Assembly: GCA_028534125.1 (NCBI GenBank)
Contig: CM052818.1
Coordinates: 26,600,001-26,664,000 of the forward strand
DNA from: Lama glama
Lineage: Eukaryota
Direction of reading: 5' to 3'
Length of the DNA: 64,000 nucleotides
Shown here piece by piece: positions 30,001 to 41,700 of the stretch. The notes beneath the pieces are model-generated. The model had not been told where the DNA came from. It searched no databases and was given only the letters and a program-made list of their open reading frames with translations. Within the stretch, counting starts at the first letter, position 1; every line of letters starts with the position of its first letter. The position numbers and the translations under genes are program-made.

Positions 30001-32144
30001 TAGAGCTGACCCAGCTTGCAGAGGGATTTGAAGTCCCAAATCATTGAATTCAAGGGCAATCATTACAGAAGCACAGCCAATTCAATTTCAGCTTCTATTC
30101 CATATGAGCATCTCCCAGACAATACTCAGATTAATACCTGTGTCTACTGCGAATTCAACCCAGCCAGCATTTACTGAACTCCTTCTGTGTTCGATGCCAC
30201 TGACATTACAAATGCAGTTGTGGAACAGTTGGGAACTAAATAAGATAAAGTTCTGACTTAAAATGCTAGCAGCTTTCTATCTAAAAGTAACATAGTGCAG
30301 GCCTTGAAAACAATTTATGGCCAAATCCTAGCTACCTCACTTACTAGCTGTGACCCAGAAAAGTGTCCTTATCTGTGTAATGGATGTCATAGTACTTAAC
30401 CTGTTGGAAGAAGCTCAAAATGGCACATTTTCTTTATCCCTCTACCAACACGCGGCCTACCACTGGCTCCCTGTTCTTGCCTTGGGGTCTCCATCGCTGC
30501 TTCATGATTCATAAGAATCACGATGGGTAGAGAGGTGGATAGCCAAGGACTTTTAGAACCATGGAGGAGGGGAACCCTAAGGACTTTTAGAACATATGTG
30601 GCTCCAGAAAGCAGAAGAACGTGAAATGCTAGAGAGAACAGTAACTGTCTTACAGAACTACCCTGGAGGAGGACTCCTAGATTTGGCCAACTCTCCTGTG
30701 CAAGGATCCTCTTTTCAAAAAATCTGCCCCTTTATCCTCAATGTGACTTGAATTTTTCTACTTTGCCTTAGTTATAATAAAGGAAAATTCTACTAATTAA
30801 AATACATTGGGTCCTGGTTTTACGATAGACAAAGTCTGGAAACAACCTAAATATCCAACAATAAAGGGAGTTTAAGGAAAGATGATTTTCTACTGTAATC
30901 ATGGTCAAGTTTCCTCATCTGTAAGTTGGATATGAATGTACCCTCCTCACAGGGGCACTGTGAGGTTCAAGTGAGATGGTTTTATAGAGAATACCTGGTA
31001 CCCCGATGCCAATGCTCCTAAATATACACCTGTGGGCCCACCTGTGAATCTAACAACTGAAAATATTGCTTTTATGGAAAAACTATTTACAGGTTTCAAA
31101 TAAGCAAATCACAGTCTTCTGAACACTACCATAAGCTAGAGTTGAACTGTTTTTACATATTAGATCCCACTGGAAGAGGCATACCTTTATTTCAAAGCAA
31201 AGAAAATGGATTTCAAAATTCATCTTTTACCACCCCTGACCTTTCCAGCAGACCAGTGTACCAAGGGCACACCTTACACGATTAAAATAGCTAAATGCCA
31301 GGTAGTACGGGAAGGCATGTATTTTAATGTGGATTAATTAACCTCCAAGGCTGCAAACTGTGCTGACCACCTGGAAGACTTTATGAAAACTTGGAGAGTA
31401 AGGCCCCCTCTAACTAATCTGGCTAATTTTGTCACCTGCCTCATTTGCTTGCACCATATGAAAGGATACAGTTTCCCAACAGAATAGTGATTAGAATATT
31501 AAATCACTGTTCTTAAATATAAAAGGGATCCCTGCTTTAAAAGACAAGTCTCAAAAGTTAGAGTCTCATTAATTTAAAACATTGTGAGAATCCAGCACCT
31601 TCTCCCACCCACAAATTAATCCTGCCTGTAAACGATCCCTCCTTCAAACAGTCCCTACTTTACTTATTCCCATCCATTTCCATGTATCATAAAGACATTT
31701 GGCATAGCTCCACATTCTGGTAGTTAATGCCCCATTCCCATTTCTGGCTAGGAAGTTACTCATGATGGAGTAAAGGAGAAGATTAAGTTTATAACTCTGT
31801 TTCTTAATGGACATCACTCCTGCTGAACCCCAATGGGAAATTTTTCTTATAATGAAGTTATTCTTGAGTTGACTTCCTCATTCTCATCAGGTTCCCTACG
31901 GCTGGTGGTGTCCATGTGTAAGTGGCTATGTTGTGGCCCTTGAATGGTGAAGCTGTAAGTATAGCTCAGAGAACTGAAATGGGCCATTCATATACATATG
32001 TCTGTGGCTGGGGAGGATGAGCATGTGGGTCAACAGAGGGCCTGTGCATTCACAGAGTGTCCTGTATTTTAAACCTGTGAGTCAATACTGTGGCAGGCTG
32101 TAAGCGTTTAAAAGATCTGTTCAACAACATTGTGAAATTTACAA

Positions 32145-32251
32145 CCCTTTACTTTGCTGCTTTTCTTAGTATCTTGAAAAGTATATTACCATTTTACTCC
32201 CCTTTACTTTGCTGCTTTTCTTAGTATCTTGAAAAGTATATTACCATTTTA
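32145..32251. repeat. Tandem duplication, period 55 bp
   Basis: ccctttactttgctgcttttcttagtatcttgaaaagtatattaccatttta present twice, identical over 52 bp. Confidence 0.95.
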
Positions 32252-32539
32252 GTCCAATACTATTAACTTTTGCTTAAGTCCCTAGCAATTTCAGGATTTC
32301 AAAACTGTCACACACAAAAAGGAAATTATTGTAAATACTTCACAAAGACGGAACTTGCAAACCACTTTTACCGTTAAGTTCCTTAGGTAAAATCTTCACC
32401 TACAACTCGATACATTTATCTGACAATTGCATTTTACTCTTTTAAGGAAAAAAAATATTTTAAAGTAAATCGGGTCTCCAGTTAAGCTCCTTCATTCGGA
32501 GATGATCCACTTAAAAATCTAAAAGAGACCAATAGTAAT

Positions 32540-33300
32540 ACACGTCCGTGCCGAGACAGCATGGAAACTTCAACGTCGCGAGGACTTCCGTGGATGCCGG
32601 GGCGAAGGAGCCGTGGGCACACCCCCAAGCGCGCCCCGCACCCTGGCGACCCGGAGCGCAGAGACCGCCGGCCTCGCGTGTCCCGAAAGGGCGGTGGCGC
32701 TGCGATGCGCCTTCACCTCCGCGCGCGGCCACCGCCAGCGAGTCACACTTCCTGTGCCTATCGGTACCCACATCAGACCGCAGCCGAGGGGAGGCTGGTG
32801 ACATCACCCAGCTCCCGTGGCGTTCCCAAAGCAGCCCCGCGGCCAGCGAGGCCCCCAGGCGAGGACGCAGAGCTCCGACTTCTCCGGACGCCGGGGCCCC
32901 GGGCTCTGCCCCGCCTCCCATCCTGCCTCGGTGGGGCTTGCGGGACTCCGCAAGAGCCGCCCGTGTACAATCACGCAGCAGCAGCTACTCACCTTCTCCT
33001 GTGTCCAGGCTGCCGCGCCCCGACTGATCCCCCAAGCCGCCAGGGGCAGGGCGGTTACCAGCAGCAGCAGGTGGAGAGTGCCCAGGACGCGCCGGTCCCC
33101 GCCGCCTGCCATCTCTCCTGAGCTGTCTGGGCGCGGGTTCCCAGAGCTGCCGGCGGTCACGAGCTCGGGAACGCGCGTCCTTCGCCTTCCCCCGTCTCCA
33201 CCCTTGGGTCGACTGCGCCCGCCTCCCCATCGTCTCCTGGTCGCCTCCCCACTGCGCTGCGCAGGCCGTAGCCCTGGCTCTCTCCACCCCACCCCCTACC
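32540..33300. promoter_or_regulatory. CpG island / promoter of QPCT
   Basis: High GC and CpG density spanning exon 1; GC boxes. Confidence 0.9.
32993..33112 (-). CDS. QPCT: QPCT exon 1 (CDS part, 120 bp; signal peptide MAGGGDRRVLGTLHLLLLVTALPLAAWGISRGAAAWTQEK)
   Basis: ATG at 33112-33110 inside a CpG island; hydrophobic signal peptide; AAG|GTGAGT donor at 32992; phase 0. Confidence 0.96.
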
Positions 33301-34804
33301 TTAGCTGTCCTGGGAGGCACAAGCCTCCGAATCCATGGGAACAGAGACGACCACTTTCTTGTCTAGGTGAGGAAGAAAGGAAGGAGGGAAAAGACATGGA
33401 AGAAGCATTTTTATGATGTCCAATGCCATGACTGGGCATAGAAAGGGGAGGGAGGGTTCATGAGACCCTGTGGGGTTTTTAAGTGTTTTCCCGTAGCTCA
33501 TTAAAAGCGAATGGACAGGGACCAACATTTACCGAATACTTCTGTACCAGCCACTGTCCTAGGTGCTTTCCCGATGTTCCTGTATTTAATCTTCATAACC
33601 ATTTGAAGTAAGTATTAATCCCATTTTACAGATGAAGAAACTGGTATCCCCTGAACAAAGCCTGAATTGGAACCCTTAAAGTATTTCCTTTATAAGAGCT
33701 CATCATATCTTCTCCCCCCCCCCTTTTTTTTCCTTACAAATAGTTACCTTGCTTTGTAGGGGACAGACTAATACTTCCAAACTGAGAAGTGTGGTTGAAG
33801 TAATTTTCTGAAATAAGTAAGATCTAGAATGTTCACAGTGGCTGTTTAGGCAGCCATCTCCTCCAATCCATACCCAATAGGAAAAGCTAAATACGACTGT
33901 ATTTACTTCGTAACATCAAAGATCACTGTTACGGAGATAATCTTAGAAACAAAACAGTATCTCAGTTTTATCTGTAGGTTTCTAGTCTAAATTGTCAGGA
34001 CAATTATTTCACCTTCCTCTTTTTCTTCCACAGTGAGGATCAGGGTGTGGGCTGCCCTGAGTCATCCATCTCCTGGTAACATATAGATCCCAGAAAAAAA
34101 TCAAAACAAGGACACTGAAACAGACGTGTTTCACAGAGAGCAAAGGTCTGAAGGTAATGGAGCCTGCCAGAAGGCTCACCCACTCTATCTTCTTGAGCTT
34201 GGCTGTCGGAGTGAGTTTAAAACGGGAGAGGGCTGACCTGGGAATATACTGTCTGCCCTCCTCTGGAGCTACAGGGGAAGACAGGGTGGAAGTATCTACT
34301 TCCCTGATCTTCAAAATTACTAATCTTATTCATGTCTGAGAGTTTTGTGACAATTTAAATCTTCAGGCTCAAAGAAAGTTAAATAGCTTCTTTAGAACAT
34401 CCATGGACAGTTCTGATAATCGGAGCACCTCAGAACTTTCTGTTGGTGTATACTGAGGACAAAACTGCTATCACAACTCCCAATATATTTTCTCTTTTGC
34501 TGCTTAGACCAAACTTGAATTAGTGGGTTTTCTGAGTGGCTGGGTAAGAAACAGCATGGTTGTTTTTCTTACCCAATTACCTTTTTATCTTTCCACAACA
34601 TGATTTCTATAAGAAAGGGAAGGTAGAAATAGCAAGCCTATATGAAACAAAATGTTAAAGATGATATGCTAAGTATAAGCAATTCAAAATAAGAAAGAAA
34701 GAAACGCATGAGTTAAAATGTTAACACATAATTTTGATGATTATCTTCCATTGCTTAGAGATCTCCAATTTTCTCCAGTTTTGATTATATTTAAGTCAAT
34801 AAAA

Positions 34805-35210
34805 TGCTGTTGCAGTTTGGGATCTACAGGAAGTGGACTCTGAGACAGGGTTTAGCATTCAGGATGTGTATTAGGGAGTGTCCTTGGGACAAACCCCTGT
34901 GGGAGGGGAGGGAGGAATAGGACCAGGCAGAGGGAAGAGTCGGCAGGGAAGTAACCCTCCACCCTCACCCCACAGCCTCACCCAACCCTGTGGAGAGCCC
35001 TGGAGCTGAAGTGACTGTCAGAGTTGTCCCAAAGTGAGCAAAAATGGCTGGAACTTTATACCCTCACCTCAATGGGGTGACTTCCTACAAGCAGCAATCT
35101 GCAGCCAAAAGACCTGACAGCTAGAGGCTGTCAGCCAACAGCACTCCAACAGCTGGAACAGAGTCCTTCACTGAAAGGGATCTGAACAGTACATCTCTGT
35201 ATCTGCTACT
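34805..35210 (-). mobile_element. Old ERVL LTR (LTR16-like)
   Basis: ggaagtggactctgagacagggtttagc...attagggagtgtccttggga resembles the recalled LTR16 consensus. Confidence 0.55.
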
Positions 35211-35664
35211 AATGCACCCGTATGATGTAAGGCATACAAATCTAAAACACTTTGCATAGTAAGTGAAGCTGATTTTAGAAAATTGTTTTTTATACCAGTG
35301 GGCTTTTCTGACAACTTTCCATAAATCTACAGATCCAATACAACTCTATTTATGTGTCCCTCCCTTCTTTATTTGTATCTTTTCTTGTGCTTTATACCCT
35401 AAATATCCATCTTCCCCTTTTCTTCATTCATTCTTCTTTTCTGTCCTCCTTCATTCTGGAAACTTTCAGAAATTCCTCCTGTCTGATATTTTTTTCCCTA
35501 CTGCAATTTTTCCCATCTTCAACTCCTTCTACAGAAGGTAACTCATAACTATTACATTTAATTTAACAATTCCAGGCCCTGTTTTTCATCACGTAAAAAA
35601 TCACTTGTGTATGCAGTGACAGCATTAGTTACAAGTGGAGTGGTTATCATCTTTAATATGGTAT

Positions 35665-36005
35665 TGAGCAGGAAAAGCTTGGGCTGGGCCAAGACTGGGC
35701 TGGGCTAACACATAAATTTTAAGTTAATTCATGAATTTTAAGTTTCACCTTGCTAGACTGGTTTTGGGTTACTGCAAGCAACCCTTTGCTTCTGCTTTTA
35801 TGATACTGCCTAGCTGTACTCACCCTATTGGTTGATGGACCCCGAGCTTGTAAGCGACCCTATAAAACCTCACTCACACTTCCCGGAGGCGCTCAGAGCT
35901 CTGGAGCGATAGCCCCTCTGAGCTCGCCGGCATAATAAACCTGAGTACTCCAACCCTCCCTCCGAGTGGTGTTTGTTTCTTGGCTGGCCTGCCATTTCTG
36001 TAACA
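35665..36005 (+). repeat. 5' LTR (341 bp); TATAAAA at 35861, AATAAA at 35934
   Basis: Direct repeat of 43908-44248; about 15 differences counted by eye. Confidence 0.97.
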
Positions 36006-36009
36006 TTTC

Positions 36010-36027
36010 TGGAGGCCCCAGTGAGAT
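36010..36027 (+). promoter_or_regulatory. Primer-binding site, tRNA-Thr
   Basis: TGGAGGCCCCAGTGAGAT, 4 nt after the LTR; 17/18 complementary to the recalled mammalian tRNA-Thr(TGT) 3' end (...ATCTCGCTGGGGCCTCCA); the mismatch is a CpG>TpG change. Confidence 0.85.
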
Positions 36028-36658
36028 TCAACAACGCCAGCCCCTTGAGATGCTGGACTGGTGGTTCTAGCCAATCGGGGGACAAGACTCTGGCGACGAA
36101 CAAGGTGGCACCACCTGACGGTATTCCAGGTTCTCTTTTGCCACGGTGGCTCAGCCCCCCGTGAGGCCAGACCTCAGCCAGACTCGGTGGAGGGACAGAC
36201 AGACTCACCAGGCAACTGTCCAGACAAGGTAGGACCCCAGGATTAAAATCAGGTCCTGTCCCAGTGGACAGAAGAGGAGGCTGATCCCCTCCTGCACCCG
36301 AATGGTGCACCAGGTTTCAGGATAATGTGGGAGGACTGTTAACCTCTGTGTGTGTGTGAATGTGCAGCCTGAAAAGCATGCGATCAGGCTCAAGTTTGTA
36401 GCTCCACAGATTCTGGCTACAGAGTCTGAGTGAGTCCCAACCTGCAGTTCTGTGGTGACCTCATACAGCTCAGGGCGGTATCGGCCCCTCAGGGTATCGA
36501 TCGGAGTCAGCGGCTTATACTGACCCGCTAAAGCTAAGAGGCACCTTAGTCCCCATGAGGGGAGCAGCCAGGCAGATGCAGTGAAATCCCTCCCTTGTCT
36601 TGTCTGTGACACCGGCACAGGGTGGCCACACCAGAGGGAAAGGGACATAAAACGGCCA

Positions 36659-37166
36659 ATGAGTCAGTGCCCCCTGTGCGTCCAGAGGCTAGGCCACCAT
36701 TTCTTTGAGAAAGTCTCTTACCTACCTCTGTCACAGAACACCCGAGACTTGCTGTCCCAGCTCCTGAACTGACCTAATGGGTGTCCCTTTTGCCTAACCT
36801 CAGACTCTCAGGACTTGAGTTTAGAACAGAGATTTCTTCAAGACTGGGCTCACCTGGCCTTAGAAGTCCCCTTTCTAGTCCATTTGTTTAGCCATCAAGC
36901 GTCAGTCCCAGTCCCTTTGGTACGTTAGTTCAGGATAAAGGGAGGATTTGGTGAGGAAGCCCCTGGAGCTGGCTCTTGCCTTGGGCTTTAGAGACGTCAG
37001 CCATGGCTGGAGCCCAGACTCTTTGACCAAGTTAGCCTTCAAATGACTCACAGAGCCAGCAAGAGCGCGGTCCTTCTGAGAACTCCAGTGCTTTGAAGAG
37101 TGGAGAAGGAGGAGATATAAAGGCTACCTTCCCAAGCACCCAAAGCAACAGACTTACCATCCTTAA
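36659..37166 (+). pseudogene. Putative pre-gag ORF (Cys-rich, about 165-170 codons, disrupted)
   Basis: MSQCPLC...CPFC...HLFSH, then after a presumed frameshift DLVRKPLELALALGFRD...EEWRRRRYKGYLPKHPKQQTYHP*; lies in an unusually long (about 1150 nt) leader. Confidence 0.45.
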
Positions 37167-37180
37167 AACACCTAGACGAA

Positions 37181-38733
37181 ATGGGAGGCTCAAAGTCAAA
37201 ACCCACCACCCTAGACTACATGATTAAGAATTTCAAAAAGGGGTTCTCAGGAGACTATGGAGTTTGAATGGCCCCTGGCAAGCTCTGTACTTTGTATGAG
37301 CTTGAATGGCCAACCTTTGGAGTCAGATGGCCCTCAGGAGGAACTTTGGACTTAGCAACAGTGCAAGCAGTCTATCAAATAATTACTTGAACCCCAGGCC
37401 ACCCAGATCAATTCCCTTACATTGACTCCTGGCAGAATATTGCCCAGACTCTACCCCCATGAATTCAATTCTACTCAAATGGACCTGGACAATGCAAGAT
37501 ACTAGCAGCTCAGCCGGTCCAGGCCAAAAAGACAGATAGAGAAAAGCCTATTTTCCAGGGAGACACAGAAGATGAGACATGCCTGCCCCCTCCATATGTC
37601 CCCGGGGCACCGACACCTCCGGTCCCACTGGAGACACCGCCACCACCTGTATCACCAGCTCCCCAATGTGAGGACCCAGAGGCAGAGCCTGACCCCCAGC
37701 CTGAGCCGGTAGGAAGAGACTGCTCAGCACAAGCTGGGAGACCAGCACCATGGGCCCTCCAAATGCCGCTGCGGGAGACACACGGGCCACAGAAAGTTGG
37801 GGAAGATGGGACTGTTCAACCCGGGTGCCCCATATTCTACTACCAACCCTTTAGCACTACAGACCTTCTCAATTGGCGCCATCATTCTCCTTCCTACTCT
37901 GAAAAACCACAGGCTATGATTGGCCTTGTAGAGTCTATCTTTTATTCTCACTGGACCATCTGGGAAGATGTTTGCCAGCTGCTTCTGATCCTTTTCAATA
38001 CGGAGGAGAGGAGACGCATTCTCACTGAAGCACAAAAATGGCTACAGGGCCAAGCCCCCGGGGACACACTGGATGTTGAGGGGTGGACCATGACGCGGCC
38101 CCTGACACCAGACCAAATTGGGACTTTATCACCCAAGAAGGAAGAGAAGCACTACATGAGTACCGGGAAGCCATCCTACAAGGACTAAGAGCAGGAGCCA
38201 AGAAGCCGACTAATAGTCTAAAACAACCACGGTGACCCAGAGGCCAGATGAAACACTCACTGACTTCTATGAGAGACTCTGTGAAGCATTCCGACTCTAT
38301 ACCCCATTTGACCCTGAAGCCCAAGAAAACCAGCGGATGGTCAACGCTGCCCAGTCGTGCCCAGATATATGCCGGAAACTCCAGAAACTGGTTGGATTCG
38401 CAGGGATAAATGCTACTCAGCTGCTGGAAGTAGCAAACAAGATTTTTGTAAACCGAGAACGGGAAGGCAAATGAGAAGCAAACCAGCAAATGAAGCAGAA
38501 AGCAGCACTCCTTGCAGCAGCCCTGGGGAAAATAGGCTTCGACCAGAACCCTGCACCACCTCGGATAAGGGGACCCCGACCCTGGATGCCCTTGAGCCGA
38601 GACCAGTGTGCATACTGCCAGGAGACAGGACCCTGGAAGAACGAGTGCCCAAACAGAAAGGATGGGAAGAGAGCACCCCTCAAGAAGCCTACCTACCTAC
38701 CTCATCAGACTGGCCAGAATCGACTCAGAATAG
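37181..38733 (+). pseudogene. gag: ERV gag (MA-CA-NC), with stops and frameshifts
   Basis: MGGSKS myristoylation start; EWPTFGVRWPSGGTLDL and GHPDQFPYI (MA); PPPY at 37586-37597; YQPFSTTDLLNW and MHR QRPDETLTDFYERL (CA); single Zn knuckle CAYCQETGPWKNEC with H>P; TAG at 38731. Confidence 0.95.
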
Positions 38734-41700
38734 GAAAGACTGGGCTCCCTGACCCTGGGCCCCCGGGAACCCAGGGTGAAGATGTTGATAGGGAGCCAGC
38801 AAATGACTTTTATGGTGGACACAGGAGCAGAGTATTCTGTGGTGACCCAGCCTGTAGCCCCCCTGACCAAGAGAAAGGTGACCATTATAGGGGCTACTGG
38901 GGACTCAACTGCCTGCCATTTCTGCCAACCACGATCCTGTCAAGTAGGGGGCCATCTAGTGACACGTAAATTTTTATACTTGCCTGAATGCCTGATACCA
39001 TTGCTCAGAAGAGACCTTCTATCTAAATTGGGGGCTCAAATTACCTTCGTCCCCGGGAAACAAGCATACCTGACCCTCCAGGGAGGGTCCATGATCCTGG
39101 CTATCTCCGTTCCCCGAGAGGAGGAATGGCATTTGTATGAAAATAGTGAATCCCCCCCCCAAGTAAAACCCTGATGGGCTCATGGAAGAGTTCCCATCGG
39201 TCTGAGCTGAAAATGGGCCACCAGGCCTAGCACGTAATCAAGCACCACTAGTAATTGACCTCAAGCCTGGAGCTAGCCCAGTCAGGCAGAGACAATACCC
39301 TATGCCTCAAGAGGCACACCTAAGAATCCAGAAGCACATACAGCACCTACGGCAAGAGGGAATCTTAACTGAATGCAGATCTCCTTGGAACACACCGTTG
39401 CTCCCAGTAAAGAAAGCAGAGGGAACAGACTATAGACCAGTTCAGGATCTACAGAAGGTCAACGAAGTAACCATCACCATACACCCAGTGGTGCCAAGCC
39501 CATATACTCTCCTAGGCCTCATTCCCACAAGTGCCAGATGGTTCACATGTCTGGACCTTAAAGACACTTTCTTCTGCCTTTGACTCTCACTGGTGAGCCA
39601 CTCCATATTCGCATTTGAATGACAGGCTCCTCATGCAGGGAGGAAAACCCAACTGACTTGGACGTGCCTTCCCCAAGGGTTTAAAAACTCACCCACCCTG
39701 TTCGGAGAGGCACTAGCCACAGACCTTGTAAAATTCCCTGGGGAAACGCTGAACTGCACCCTGCTCCAATATGTGGACGATTTGTTACTAGCCAGTCCAG
39801 GAGAAGAAGACTGTTGGAGAGGAACTCGAGCCTTTCTGGAGTTACTCCAGACGACGGGATACAAGGTCTCATGGAAAAGGGCCCAAATCTGCAAGAAGAC
39901 AGTCAAATACCTGGGAGTCATTATCTCAAAAGGACACCAAGCCTTGCAGCCAGAACGAAAACAAGTTATTTGCGCCATACCGAGACCACAAACAGAAAGG
40001 AAACTACAGGAACTCCTAGGTGCAGCCGGTTCCTGCTGGATCTGGATTCCTGGATTTTCAAGGATAGCCAAGCCCCTATATGAGGCTACTGCTGGGTCAA
40101 GGAAGGAAGCCCTCCAGTGGGAAACTAAACAAGAAAACGCCTTCAGGCAACTAAAAGAATTATTGATACAGGCTTCGGCATTGGGCCTGCCAGATGTGAC
40201 ACGGGAATTCAACCTGTTTGTGCATGGAAGCGATCAGGTCGCTCTCAGAGTCCTGACTCAGAATGTGAGACCATGCCAGAGCCCTGTGGCCTATTTGTCC
40301 AAAAGACTGGACCCAGTGGCATCAGGATGGCCACCCTATCTGTGGGCCCTCGCTGCCACAGCCCTCCTGGTCAATGAGGCAGACAAACTCACGCTAGGAC
40401 AGACTATAAACATAAGAGTGCCCTGCTCCGTGGTGACCCTGATGAACAGCCCAGGTTACAAGTGGATAACGAATGCAAGGATGACCCACTACCAGGAGAT
40501 ATTATGTGAGAATCCAAGGGTGCGCCTGGAGACTGTACGAACCTTAAACCCAGCCATTTACCTACCTTAAGTGAAAGGACAGCCTGACCATGACTGTGAG
40601 GAAGTCATTGAAAAAGTATACGCAAGCAGGCCTGTTCTGACCGACATGCCCCTCCAAAACCCAGACCTGGAGCTCTTTACGGACAGCAGCAGTTACGTGC
40701 AAGATGGACAACGGTGGGCAGGATATGCTGTCACAACAACCTGTGATGTGATCAAGTCAGAACCCCTTCCCCCGGGATGGTCTGCCCAGCAAGCAGAGAT
40801 TTGGGCTGTGGTCCAGGCACTAAGAGAAGGAAAAGGAAAGCGAGTCAATATATATACAGACTCCAAATATGCTTTTGCAACCCTTCATGTACATGGAGCC
40901 ATCTATAAGGAGAGAGGAATTTTGACTGCTGGGGGAAAGGAAATCAAGAACAAAGAAAAAAATCCTATAGTTACTGGAGGCAGTATGGGATCCGAAGGAA
41001 GTGGCCGTTATCCATTGTAAGGGACACCAAAAAGGAAATGACCCTGTGAGCCAAGGTAACAGGCTGGCTGATCAAAAGGCAAAAGAGGTAGCTGCCTGGG
41101 AATAGCCGGTAACCACAATTATGGCAGCGCCAGAGTTACCCACTTCCCCAGAATACAGCCAGGATGTAAACAAGTGGGCACAAACAGAACAAGGTAAAAA
41201 AGGAAAGGATGGATGGTGGATCATGGCAGGTGGGAGAATATTCGTCCCAGAGCACCTGGCCTACCGCATAGTCAAACAACATGAAGCCACCCACATGGGA
41301 AAAATGGCTCTGGAGACCCTCCTAAAGCGATATTTTCTGATTTCTCGCCTCCCCACTTTATGTGCATCAGTCTCTCAATGCTGTTTGCTCTGTGCTCAAA
41401 ACAACCCAAAACAAGGGCCTACTGGGCCAATGGGAATACAACAATGCGGACTGGCTCCCTTCGAAGACTTAGAAGTAGGTTTTACTGAACTTGGGCCCAG
41501 TAGGGGATATAAATACCTACTGGTTTTCGTCTGTACCTTCACAGGATGGGTAGAAACCTACCCCATCAGGACTGAAAAAGCAAGAGAGGTCACAAAGGTT
41601 CTCCTCAGGAATGTTATCCCTCAATTTGGAATGCCTACCTCCATCAGGTCCAACAGTGGACCCACCTTCATGGCAGAGGTTATACAAGTGGCAAAAGCAC

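Noticed and set aside
32511..33528. Many overlapping long ORFs around QPCT exon 1
   Set aside because: Expected from stop-codon scarcity in a CpG island; only the 40-codon exon 1 frame is supported
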